Part shown: positions 58,201 through 64,000 of the stretch, one piece after another
Position numbering within the stretch: the first letter of the stretch is position 1
Layout of the letters: each line of letters opens with the position of its first letter
Source of the DNA: Chiloscyllium plagiosum
Lineage: Eukaryota
DNA: 64,000 nucleotides
NCBI RefSeq assembly: GCF_004010195.1
Contig: NC_057719.1
Location: forward strand, 66,051,049-66,115,048
Reading direction: 5' to 3'
Position numbers and translations under genes: made by a program
Notes under the pieces: generated by a model
Databases searched by the model: none
Told to the model about the DNA's origin: nothing
What the model saw: the letters and a program-made list of their open reading frames with translations, nothing else

Positions 58201-59987
58201 GAACAGGAAAAAACCTTTTAAGCATTAAAATGTGATTTTTGTTTGACTGAATTCGGGATGCTTTGTAATTTTTTAGTCGTTAGTAAATATTTTTACATTG
58301 TACAGTAAGTGCATCGAAATTTGAAAATAAGGATTAGACACAGACACAGTCATCAGAGGTGGGTATGGAAGTTACCCAGTTCTCCAATCATCAGCCCTTT
58401 CATATCCAAAAATGACATCTTTGTGGATGTAAATGCTATTTCCTGTCAGGAGCTGCCATATCAAAAACATCATGGCCTTAGAATTAGTTGATTCATTCAG
58501 ATAAACTTAATCTGTCTGAAATCACATTAGACAGCTCTCTGTACTGGTCTAGCCTTTTCAGCTTCGTTCTGGAATCAAACTTTTGAGGATAATTTTCTTG
58601 AGCAGTAACCTAGTGGAATAAAGTGTGACAGAAGTCAATGAAACAAAAATTAAGCTGGCTTTCTAAATGGTGAGGGTTCCATTCTCCCAGAATATTGTCC
58701 AGGCAATTAAGCCGGCAATTCCATAAAATACTTAATTTGTATTCTTCAAAATATGAAAATTCTAAAAGATCACTGGCGGTATTTCTAAAGACTTGAACAT
58801 AAAAGTAAATGTATTGTACCGGCAGATAGATAATAAACATTCTTCAATTGACTCTCTCTGGGCTTTGGTAAGACCAGGTCCTTTTGATAGTCTGTAAATT
58901 GTGTGCAGCGTAGAGTCTATCACTGAAGCAAAGTGCTCAGTTCCAGCAAATAGAGGTGCACATCTGGTGAGGAGTGGAAGGACTGCTGAACAGATGTATC
59001 TATTAAGGGCAAGAGCTGTCTCTGAAGTACTCAAAGCAGCCTGTTGGAAAAGACAAACAAGTATTTAGAGAAAAGTATTAAATATGCTTTTTTATCTATA
59101 TCCATGAACAAGAAGACAAAAATAAATTATAACAAGGAGCACTAGCCTGAATCTTTCACACATACATTCATCCCATTATGTCAGTGATAATTACAATTCC
59201 TTCAAAGATGCATCATGTGACTAGGACTACGGTATTTTAAATTGTAACTAGGTATGCTCTGGGCCATAATCAGTTCAGACTGATCAAAATGTAGACTTTC
59301 CTTTCCGTTCCAATTTTATAAGTGTCCCTCATCTAAGAAAACATCATTTGTAAGTGTTGCTGGCTGTAGCTGCTCTTTCATGTACTGTAGAACAAGTGCA
59401 TATTCATATGAACAAGGTAAGGTAAAGTCACCATAACCCAAGACCCTCAGGGCTCTCATTAGAGAGAGAGAGAGACAATTGATGGCAAGTTTAACCTGAG
59501 AGTCATAATGCCTCAGATGAGGGGTGAGATTGAGAAGATGGGAGCCTCATGATGACCTCAGCCAGTGTAGGAATTGAACCCATGTTGTTTGCATCACTCT
59601 GTACCACTAAGCAACTGGCCAGCCAACTGAGCTAACTGACCAAACATCTATCCAACATACACTACCTCCCTTTAAAAAAATAGATTCATATATCCACCAC
59701 TGGCCACCCTAATGGGCATGAGAAGTTTACAGTCATGCGAAAAAGTGTAAATAAATAATAACAGTTCACATAAGAAAATCAAATATGCGCAGCTTTGCCA
59801 CCTTTATGTTGACTTACTGATTCAAGGGAAGCAGATGCTTTTAAATCAGGTAAAAATCCAACTTCCAGCAAATGAAGCAGGAAACTTTGGTCCTCAATAC
59901 CATAAACACGGTCCAGAAACAATACCATGGGCGCCTTGTGGTCAGGACAGAAACTTGCAGACATAGATGGCTCAGAAATAGTTCCAT
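1082..59987 (-). CDS. ryr3: Ryanodine receptor gene, RyR3-like; internal multi-exon portion (24 exons plus a candidate microexon). The gene continues beyond both window ends.
   Basis: Exons with AG/GT(GC) boundaries join in frame (3137 nt = 2 + 1045 codons). Peptides such as [47 protein letters not shown] and [14 protein letters not shown] match RyR3 as I recall it. The RyR family call is firm; the paralogue call is by recalled residues. Confidence 0.9.
1535..1764. mobile_element. Short palindromic Penelope-type element with hammerhead motifs
   Basis: About 95-bp inverted arms; flanked by agaaatgaaga duplication (1521-1531, 1765-1775); near-identical copy at 42021-42240. Confidence 0.8.
1637..1668 (+). 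ncRNA. Minimal hammerhead ribozyme motif
   Basis: CTGAAGA-A-GGGC(TCAT)GCCC-GAAA-CG-TC; core and stem II intact, stem I short. Confidence 0.62.
3966..4042. repeat. Perfect 22-bp inverted repeat forming a 77-nt hairpin
   Basis: tttatacaatgagcatagtgca (3966-3987) is the exact reverse complement of 4021-4042. Confidence 0.93.
4104..4207 (-). promoter_or_regulatory. Splicing-regulatory motif cluster around the microexon (TACTAAC, TGC in pyrimidine tract, TGCATG)
   Basis: Minus-strand TACTAAC 4201-4207, TGC 4174-4176, TGCATG 4120-4125; function inferred. Confidence 0.55.
4133..4156 (-). CDS. ryr3: Candidate alternative microexon, 21 or 24 nt: (Q)CKQVGLK, at the ASI-equivalent position
   Basis: TACTAAC branch point (4201-4207), long pyrimidine tract, AAGCAG tandem acceptor, AAG|gtcaga donor; phase 0 to 0 and open. 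Confidence 0.7.
4414..4720 (+). mobile_element. tRNA-derived V-SINE (HE1-like), diverged
   Basis: A/B-box-like head (agctcagtagttagcac...ggtttgattcc); central domain shared with 19396, 36744, 50163 and 60953 copies. Confidence 0.85.
6165..6257 (-). CDS. ryr3: RyR exon, 93 nt: [31 protein letters not shown]
   Basis: cag acceptor, gtaaat donor, phase 0 to 0. Confidence 0.95.
6640..6745 (+). mobile_element. Penelope-type terminal fragment with degenerate hammerhead motif
   Basis: GAGTT-CTGAAGA-A-GGGTC(ACTG)GACCC-aAAA-CA-TT-AACTC followed by the family tail (agatgctgcc...ctgctgag). Confidence 0.7.
7570..7680 (-). mobile_element. Degenerate Penelope-type terminal fragment
   Basis: ctcagcaggtcagac motif and decayed hammerhead-like end resembling 6640-6745. 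Confidence 0.5.
7959..8046 (-). CDS. ryr3: RyR exon, 88 nt: [29 protein letters not shown]
   Basis: cag acceptor, gtaagg donor, phase 2 to 0. Confidence 0.94.
8550..8772 (-). mobile_element. CR1 LINE 3' fragment
   Basis: [30 protein letters not shown]. Confidence 0.82.
9111..9351 (-). CDS. ryr3: RyR exon, 241 nt: [16 protein letters not shown]...[11 protein letters not shown] donor
   Basis: cag acceptor, AG|gcaaga donor, phase 1 to 2; ORF 9098..9364. Confidence 0.93.
10342..10656 (-). CDS. ryr3: RyR exon, 315 nt: [18 protein letters not shown]...[15 protein letters not shown]
   Basis: tag acceptor, gtaaga donor, phase 1 to 1; ORF 10325..10648. Confidence 0.95.
11388..11718 (+). mobile_element. 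CR1 LINE 3' fragment
   Basis: [17 protein letters not shown]...TRGHKFKV...[10 protein letters not shown]; (tgttcta)n tail. Confidence 0.87.
12736..13478 (-). mobile_element. CR1 LINE 3' fragment
   Basis: [19 protein letters not shown]...[10 protein letters not shown]. Confidence 0.87.
13587..13788. mobile_element. Short palindromic Penelope-type element next to an exon donor
   Basis: Inverted arms (gagaaaatgctggaaaatctcagcaggtctggcagcatctgtaaggagagaaaag and its complement); 15-bp flanking duplication with one mismatch; degenerate hammerhead at 13651-13687 (-). Confidence 0.8.
13801..13931 (-). CDS. ryr3: RyR exon, 131 nt: [43 protein letters not shown]
   Basis: Translated by hand; tag acceptor, gtatgt donor, phase 2 to 1. 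Confidence 0.94.
14890..18030 (-). mobile_element. Long decayed CR1 LINE (ORF1 esterase-like remnant plus ORF2 remnants)
   Basis: [26 protein letters not shown] (17828-18028); [29 protein letters not shown]; many frameshifts. Confidence 0.82.
17449..17680 (+). mobile_element. Younger CR1 3' end nested in the opposite orientation within the older CR1
   Basis: Highly similar to 340-560 of this window. Confidence 0.85.
19396..19736 (+). mobile_element. tRNA-derived V-SINE (HE1-like)
   Basis: cggtggctcagtggttagcactgctgcctcac...ggttcgattcc head, conserved central domain, CR1-like tail. Confidence 0.9.
20813..20894 (-). CDS. ryr3: RyR exon, 82 nt: [27 protein letters not shown]
   Basis: cag acceptor, gtaact donor, phase 1 to 2. 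Confidence 0.95.
23811..24049 (-). CDS. ryr3: RyR exon, 239 nt: [27 protein letters not shown]...HQFGIDII
   Basis: tag acceptor, gtgagt donor, phase 2 to 1; ORF 23803..24102. Confidence 0.95.
24161..24221 (-). CDS. ryr3: RyR exon, 61 nt: [20 protein letters not shown]
   Basis: aag acceptor, gtaatt donor, phase 1 to 2; followed by a 111-nt intron. Confidence 0.92.
24700..25945 (+). mobile_element. Decayed CR1 LINE fragments (probably two in tandem)
   Basis: Repeated late-ORF2 motifs (aaatttgtggatgacataaaactg; ttggttagaccgtacctagagta; gagtttcgaagaatgagagatg). Confidence 0.75.
26285..26334 (-). CDS. ryr3: RyR exon, 50 nt: [16 protein letters not shown]
   Basis: tag acceptor, gtaagt donor, phase 2 to 1. 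Confidence 0.94.
27663..27784 (-). CDS. ryr3: RyR exon, 122 nt: [40 protein letters not shown]
   Basis: cag acceptor, gtagga donor; phase 0 to 2 is required to keep frame with the next exon. Confidence 0.92.
29372..29439 (-). CDS. ryr3: RyR exon, 68 nt: [23 protein letters not shown]
   Basis: cag acceptor, gtgcgt donor, phase 1 to 0. Confidence 0.94.
30495..30660 (-). mobile_element. tRNA-derived SINE, second family
   Basis: Similar to 40320-40442 and 59416-59642 (gggaattgaac B-box complement, agagagag tract). Confidence 0.7.
32042..32157 (-). CDS. ryr3: RyR exon, 116 nt: [38 protein letters not shown]
   Basis: cag acceptor, gtacgt donor, phase 2 to 1. Confidence 0.94.
35108..35240 (+). 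mobile_element. Degenerate Penelope-type terminal fragment
   Basis: agttctgactgatggtcatcaaactgaaacattactctg...gctgccagacttgctgag, similar to 6640-6745. Confidence 0.55.
35320..35520 (+). mobile_element. CR1 3' end
   Basis: Similar to 385-570, ends in ctctatgactctatg. Confidence 0.85.
35610..35733 (-). CDS. ryr3: RyR exon, 124 nt: [41 protein letters not shown]
   Basis: tag acceptor, gtaata donor, phase 1 to 2. Confidence 0.94.
36535..36610 (-). CDS. ryr3: RyR exon, 76 nt: [25 protein letters not shown]
   Basis: tag acceptor, gtgagt donor, phase 0 to 1. Confidence 0.93.
36744..37036 (+). mobile_element. tRNA-derived V-SINE (HE1-like)
   Basis: Same family as 19396-19736, with an internal deletion. 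Confidence 0.87.
38314..38403 (+). mobile_element. Myb/SANT-like remnant, probably from a decayed PIF/Harbinger-type transposon (element roughly 37850-39850)
   Basis: Translates to [30 protein letters not shown], resembling the W..VA..VNA.S...R....RKK.N pattern; related stretch near 52590-52625. Confidence 0.45.
40320..40442 (-). mobile_element. tRNA-derived SINE fragment, second family
   Basis: ggaattgaacccatg...cagccaactgagctaactgacc, shared with 59570-59641. Confidence 0.75.
40988..41053 (-). CDS. ryr3: RyR exon, 66 nt: [22 protein letters not shown]
   Basis: Translated by hand; cag acceptor, gttagt donor; matches the YxPxPxDLS..LSRE start of repeat 4. Confidence 0.9.
42021..42240. mobile_element. 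Short palindromic Penelope-type element with hammerhead motif
   Basis: Inverted arms; perfect 12-bp duplication atggaagagttt (42009-42020, 42241-42252). Confidence 0.85.
42117..42148 (-). ncRNA. Minimal hammerhead ribozyme motif on the RyR transcript strand
   Basis: Minus strand TC-CTGAAGA-A-GGGC(TCAT)GCCC-GAAA-CG-TC-GA. Confidence 0.62.
42261..42398 (-). CDS. ryr3: RyR exon, 138 nt: [46 protein letters not shown] (phosphorylation loop)
   Basis: cag acceptor, gtattg donor, phase 0 to 0; in ORF 42090..42425. Confidence 0.92.
43075..44192 (+). mobile_element. Decayed Penelope-like retroelement (RT and GIY-YIG endonuclease remnants)
   Basis: [32 protein letters not shown] (PLE-type RT motif), [12 protein letters not shown], and [17 protein letters not shown]...RFAEH near 44030-44120. 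Confidence 0.85.
44630..44719 (-). CDS. ryr3: RyR exon, 90 nt: [30 protein letters not shown]
   Basis: Translated by hand; cag acceptor, gtaagg donor; RyR-repeat motifs GWxY and THPLLRPY. Confidence 0.94.
45494..45714. mobile_element. Short palindromic Penelope-type element (third subfamily) nested in another repeat (about 45360-45925)
   Basis: Inverted arms; flanking agaccaagtaaggat / agacccggtaaggat; hammerhead motif 45588-45624 (-). Confidence 0.78.
46735..47100 (+). mobile_element. Decayed CR1 3' fragment
   Basis: gatcctgaaaggtcttaac...ggctgtttcccctg...gacacagtttaaaaataag. Confidence 0.7.
47350..47660. repeat. Interspersed repeat; second copy at about 49790-50156
   Basis: Shared blocks tgtattgctgagaaaaga, ctcatcaggaca, gtttaaaattt, attaactggtgca, tccactt.tcaaccaa.cagcac. 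Confidence 0.7.
47879..47957 (-). CDS. ryr3: RyR exon, 79 nt: [26 protein letters not shown] (RyR repeat 3)
   Basis: cag acceptor, gtaatg donor, phase 2 to 0. Confidence 0.95.
48172..48357 (-). mobile_element. CR1 3' end, separated from its body by the adjacent rearrangement
   Basis: Reverse complement matches 385-565. Confidence 0.82.
48361..49344. repeat. About 450-bp inverted duplication (arms about 48361-48810 and 48897-49344, 86-nt spacer) of a Penelope-fragment plus CR1 composite
   Basis: Arms are reverse complements across the same element junctions, e.g. gaggtgttctgaagcatcac / gtgatgcttcagaacacctc and gaggagaccaaaactagagggca / tgccctctagttttggtctcctc. Confidence 0.9.
49790..50156. 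mobile_element. Repeat with inverted, hammerhead-like CTGATGAG ends
   Basis: ttcattttgcactcatcagg (about 49910-49929) and cctgttgagtgcaagatgaaaagttt (about 50110-50136) are inverted copies. Confidence 0.55.
50163..50478 (-). mobile_element. tRNA-derived V-SINE (HE1-like), near full length
   Basis: Reverse complement of the 19396 family; (ttaga)n tail. Confidence 0.9.
51237..51400 (-). CDS. ryr3: RyR exon, 164 nt: [25 protein letters not shown]...[11 protein letters not shown]
   Basis: cag acceptor, gtatgg donor, phase 0 to 2; ORF 51200..51436. Confidence 0.95.
52975..53630 (+). mobile_element. CR1 LINE 3' fragment
   Basis: aggtgcaaaagaagtttaccaggatgttgcct...ggaggctgaggggtgacttg...tggaatgcactgcc. 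Confidence 0.85.
54008..54148 (-). CDS. ryr3: RyR exon, 141 nt: [47 protein letters not shown]
   Basis: cag acceptor, gtaaca donor, phase 0 to 0. Confidence 0.95.
55766..55856 (-). CDS. ryr3: RyR exon, 91 nt: [30 protein letters not shown]
   Basis: Translated by hand; cag acceptor, gtattt donor, phase 2 to 0. Confidence 0.94.
55976..56450 (+). mobile_element. CR1 LINE 3' fragment
   Basis: Similar to 95-570. Confidence 0.85.
58820..59040 (-). CDS. ryr3: RyR exon, 221 nt: [31 protein letters not shown]...IEECLLSIC
   Basis: cag acceptor, gtacaa donor, phase 0 to 2; ORF 58762..59034. Confidence 0.95.
59416..59642 (-). mobile_element. tRNA-derived SINE, second family
   Basis: Minus-strand head ggtcagttagctcagttggctgg...gggttcaattcc; (ag)n tract. 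Confidence 0.78.
59818..59987 (-). CDS. ryr3: RyR exon, 170 nt: [57 protein letters not shown]
   Basis: cag acceptor, gtaagt donor, phase 1 to 0; lies in ORF 59779..60081. Confidence 0.95.
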
Positions 59988-60274
59988 CTGCCAAAGCACC
60001 AAAATATATGTTCAAAATGCTGTTTAATTGCAGCTTAGCAATTATTGCAAATTGTTCAGGTATTGTGTTAAATATGTTCAAATTACTGACACGAGTCCGA
60101 CAACAACAATGCCCCCAAGTGCAACTTTGTCTCTTGAAGGTTTGACTCTACCTGGTTGCAGGTTCATGAATGACACTCACTTCCCATCATCTCACCCAAG
60201 TCTCAATCTTTCCTGTGTGAGCCCAGTCAAGATGGTTCGCTTACTTACCTATGACTCTTCAGGCACGTCCTCGG

Positions 60275-60870
60275 TACATAGGAACAGGCGTGGGTCAATC
60301 AGCCCCTCAAGTCTATTCCACCATTCAATGAGATCAAGGTTGATCTGTGGCATAACCTCCACATATCTACCTATGGCTCATATCCCTTAGTACTTGTGCT
60401 TATCAAAAAATAACCTATCTCTTGAAATTAACAATTGATCCAGCATTCATTGTCATTTGTGGAAGAGAGTGCTTCCCAATGTCTCTCCTGAATGGTCTGG
60501 CCCTAATTCTTAGAATGTGCCACCTAGTTCTAAAATCCCCAGCCAATAGATATAGTTTATCTTTATCTACCTTGTTTCTTCCTGTTATTATCGCGAAGAC
60601 TTCGATCAGATCACCCAGAGAGAAAATGGGCCTAATTTGTATAATCTGCCCTCACAACTTAACCCGTCATGTCTAGGTATCAATTTGTAAACATATGATG
60701 GACTCCCTTTAGGGTCAATTTATCCTTTTGAAGATGTGGTACTGAGATCCGCTCACAGTACTGCAAGTCGGGTTGAATCAGGAATTGGCAGAACTGCAGC
60801 ATAACTTCTATATCCTTGTTCTCCAGTTCTCTAGATATAAGGGCCAGTATTCCATTAGCTTTCTTCTTCT
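60275..60870 (-). mobile_element. Decayed CR1 3' fragment
   Basis: Similar to the 12736-13478 family (gctcacagtact, ggccagtattccattagc). Confidence 0.75.
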
Positions 60871-60952
60871 GAAGGATCCTCCAGAACTCACCAAATCCTT
60901 TCAGACAGCATCACAGAGAATCTTTGTGGAAGTCAGCCCACCTTTTTTTTTG

Positions 60953-61268
60953 TCATAGAAGCAAAGAGTCCCTACAATGCAGTTAGAGGCATTTGGCCCA
61001 TCGAGACTGTACTGATCCTTGGAAGAGCATCCCAGTCAGACCCACCCAACCACCCCTCCCATCCCTGTTACCTGCATTTACCATGGCCAACCCACCTAAC
61101 CTGCACATTTTTGGAATGTGGGGTGAAACCAGAACACCCAAAGGAAACCCACAAAGACAGAGGGAGAATGTGCAAATGCCACATGGACAGTTGCCCGAGG
61201 CTGGATTGAACCAGCTTTCCTGGTGCTGTGAGGCAGCAGTACTAACCATCGAGCCACTGTTCCGCCCT
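60953..61268 (-). mobile_element. tRNA-derived V-SINE (HE1-like)
   Basis: Same family as 50163-50478. Confidence 0.87.
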
Positions 61269-62099
61269 TGGCACTATTTTAGAGGTATGAGTTGCCATAC
61301 CTCAATAAGCAATTACAATTTAAATGTTTAAAGCCACTTTGAAGGATTAGTGAGGTGTAAGTGGATGAGAAGGTAGGTTGATGAAGGGGACACAGTGGTA
61401 GGTGGGTAAGTGATGGGGAATAGCTTTCCAGATGGATGAGGGGAGTTTGCAAGCCCTCCAGAGCAAACCTTCAATGATAGCATTCAGCTGCTCATCACTT
61501 GGCATAAATAGCACACAGTGGGAGGAGTTAAAGGAGAAAGCAGAGATAGATGATTAGCATTAGGCAGTAGAGTTTATTCAACAATGTGACAGTGGGATTA
61601 GAGCGTAGTAGACCTTTGATTAATGCTATGTTGCAGTATTTAACCTTAATATGTAATAATAAACGGTATTATAAAGAAGCCTTTAGTCAGTTCTTGACCT
61701 TGTCTTCTCCTTGAGCAGACTGTCTTGAAACCAAACCCATGGGTGTGAGCATAAAACCACTCAACAAAAGAAGTGGGTAGCGTGGCAGGTGAACAGGAGT
61801 TAGGGTGGCACATGCGTGAGGGCATTGTAAGTGGGTGAAGTGGTAGGCAGATAAAGGACATAAGTCAGACCAGGGGATAATTTAGTCTTGTGGAATGGTA
61901 AGATCGGATTGGAGCAATAGTCGGAGGGGTTATGCAGCTAATTAGGTTGAGTTAGAGGAAGTTAGTGCATGAGGGGTGTAGTCAGGTCATGGTGGTAATT
62001 GGGGATCGGGGTAGTCACATCTGTTTTTAGGCAGCAGTGGATATGGTGGAGTCAGAGGGCTGGGAAGTTTAAGGATTAGGAGAGGTGGTCAAATTGATG

Positions 62100-64000
62100 A
62101 GGGATGGGCATTATCCAGTGTCTAAGAATGGAGGGAGACAGAAGATGGAAAATTATAGCCCAGTGAACCTGACCCTGATCAGTGATAAGATTTTATAGTG
62201 GGTTGTTTAGTAACATTGGTACAATGTTATGGCCTTGTTCTTTGTACTGTTTATTTTTTCTGTATTGATGGGGGTTTTTTATATATAAATGTTTCATAAA
62301 AGATTTTGAAAAGCTTTTCAATAAAAATACTGAGATAAAAGATTTTAGAGCCCATTATTAACGATGAGGTGGATGAGATGGCAGAGCACTTGGAAGTACT
62401 CGGTATGTCTGACAAATCTATTTGTATTCTTTGAGGAGGTAACAAGCAAGTTAGATAAAGGAGAGCAAGTGGACATGATGTATTTGGATATCCAGAAGAA
62501 CTTTGACAAGGTGCTGCACAGGAGTCTCCTAAATAATATAACTGTCCATGATGTTTGGGGCAAGGCAGTGATATGAATTGAGGCTTGGCGGACTGGAAGA
62601 AGGTAGAGAGTAGGGATGAAAGGCTCTTTTTCAGGATGGCAGCTGGTGACCGGTTGAGCTCCGTAAGGGTTCATGTTGGGACCACAATTGTTAACATTAT
62701 ACATTAATATTCTGGATGATGGAACTGAAGGCATTGTTGCCAAGGTTGCAAATGACACAAAGATAGGTAGAGGGGCTGAGGAAGTGGGGAGACTGCAGAA
62801 GGACTTGGACAGGTGAGGAGAGTGGGCAAAGAAGTGGTACCTGAAAACAGTGCGGGGAAGTGTGATGTTACAAATGTTGGTAGGAAGCATAATGGGATAG
62901 ACATTTTACTAATTGGGGAAAATCTTCAGAAATCTGTGGCACAAAGTAACGTTGGAGCCCTGCTTGAGGATTATTTTAAGATTAACATTCAGATTCAGCT
63001 GGCACTTGGAGGCCTGTGACCAGTGGTGCTGGGTCCTCTACTTTTTGTCACTTACATAAATGATTTGGACGCGAGCATAAGATGTACAATTAGTTAGTTT
63101 GCAGATGACACCAAAACTGGAGGTGTAGTGGACAGCGAAGAGGATTACCTCAGATTACAACAGGATCTGGACCAGATGGGCCAATGGGCTGAGAAGTGGC
63201 AGATGGAGTTTAATTCCGATAAATGCGAGGTGCTGCATTTTGGGAAAGCAAATCTTAGCAGGACTTATACACTTAATGGTAAGGTCCTTGGGAGTGTTGC
63301 TGAACAAAGAGACTTTGGATTGCAGGTTTTATAGCTCCTTGAAAGTGGAATCGCAGGTAGATAGGATAGTGAAGGCGTTTGGTATGCTTTCCTGTATTGG
63401 TCAGAGTATTGAGTACAGGAGTTGGGAGGTCATGTTGCGGCTGTACAGGACATTGGTTAGGCCACTGTTGTAATATTGCATGCAATTCTGGTCTCCTTCC
63501 TATCGGAAAGATGTTGTGAAACTTGTAAATCTTTTCTGAACCCTTTGAAGGATGACGCCAGGGTTGGAGGATTTTCACAGAGGGTGGTACGTGTATGGAA
63601 TGAGCTGCCAGAGGAAGTGGTGGAGGCTGGTACAACTGCAACATTTAAGAGGCATTTGGATGGGTATATGAATAGGAAGGGTTTGGAGGGATATGGGCCG
63701 GGTGCTGGCAGGTGGGACTAGATTGGGTTGGGATATCTAGTCGGCGTGGACAGGTTGGACCGAAGGGCCTGTTTCCATGCTGTACATCTCTATGACTCTA
63801 TGACTTAGGAAGACAAATGCAATGATAACATTCATTTCAAGAGGGTTAGAGTACAAGAGCTGAAATGTACTGCTGAGGGTGTATAAGGCTCTGGTCAGAT
63901 CATATTTGGAATTTTGAGAGTAGTTGCGGGCCCCATATCTAAGGAAGGATGTGCTAGCCTTGGAAGGGGTCCAGAAGAGATCGGAGGGGGTAGGTGTGGA
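62100..64000 (+). mobile_element. Older CR1 RT region with a younger CR1 (about 63010-63805) nested in it
   Basis: CLTNLFVFFEEVTSKLDKGEQVDMMYLDIQKNFDKV; LQQDLDQMGQWAEKWQMEFNSDKCEVLHFG; inner copy ends with the ctctatgactctatga tail and the outer ORF2 resumes. Confidence 0.88.

Noticed and set aside
61340..62100. G-rich, purine-skewed stretch as a G-quadruplex or regulatory element
   Set aside because: G-runs are irregular; no specific support beyond composition.
62345..62890. 181-aa minus-strand ORF
   Set aside because: Antisense to CR1 RT sequence.
60000..64000. Next upstream RyR exon
   Set aside because: No matching peptide found by eye; the region is repeat-derived and the exon probably lies beyond the window.

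Overview
Eukaryotic genomic DNA, most likely from a cartilaginous fish (shark), judging by the HE1/V-SINE-type and CR1-type repeats. The whole window lies inside one large minus-strand gene encoding a ryanodine receptor, most similar to RyR3. I reconstructed 24 coding exons from 59987 to 1082 (3137 nt, phases compatible, no stop seen). They cover the end of helical domain 1, the Repeat3-4 phosphorylation domain and helical domain 2, and correspond by sequence to roughly human RYR1 exons 47-71 (numbering from memory). A candidate 21/24-nt regulated microexon at 4133-4153/4156 lies at the ASI-equivalent position. Introns hold decayed CR1 LINEs, tRNA-derived SINEs, a Penelope-like element, and several short palindromic elements with target-site duplications and minimal hammerhead-ribozyme motifs. 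Other points of note: a GC-AG intron, an insertion that duplicated a 5' splice site, a perfect 22-bp intronic hairpin, and three template-switch-type rearrangements. Exon coordinates were counted by hand from splice sites; repeat boundaries are approximate. No database searches were run.
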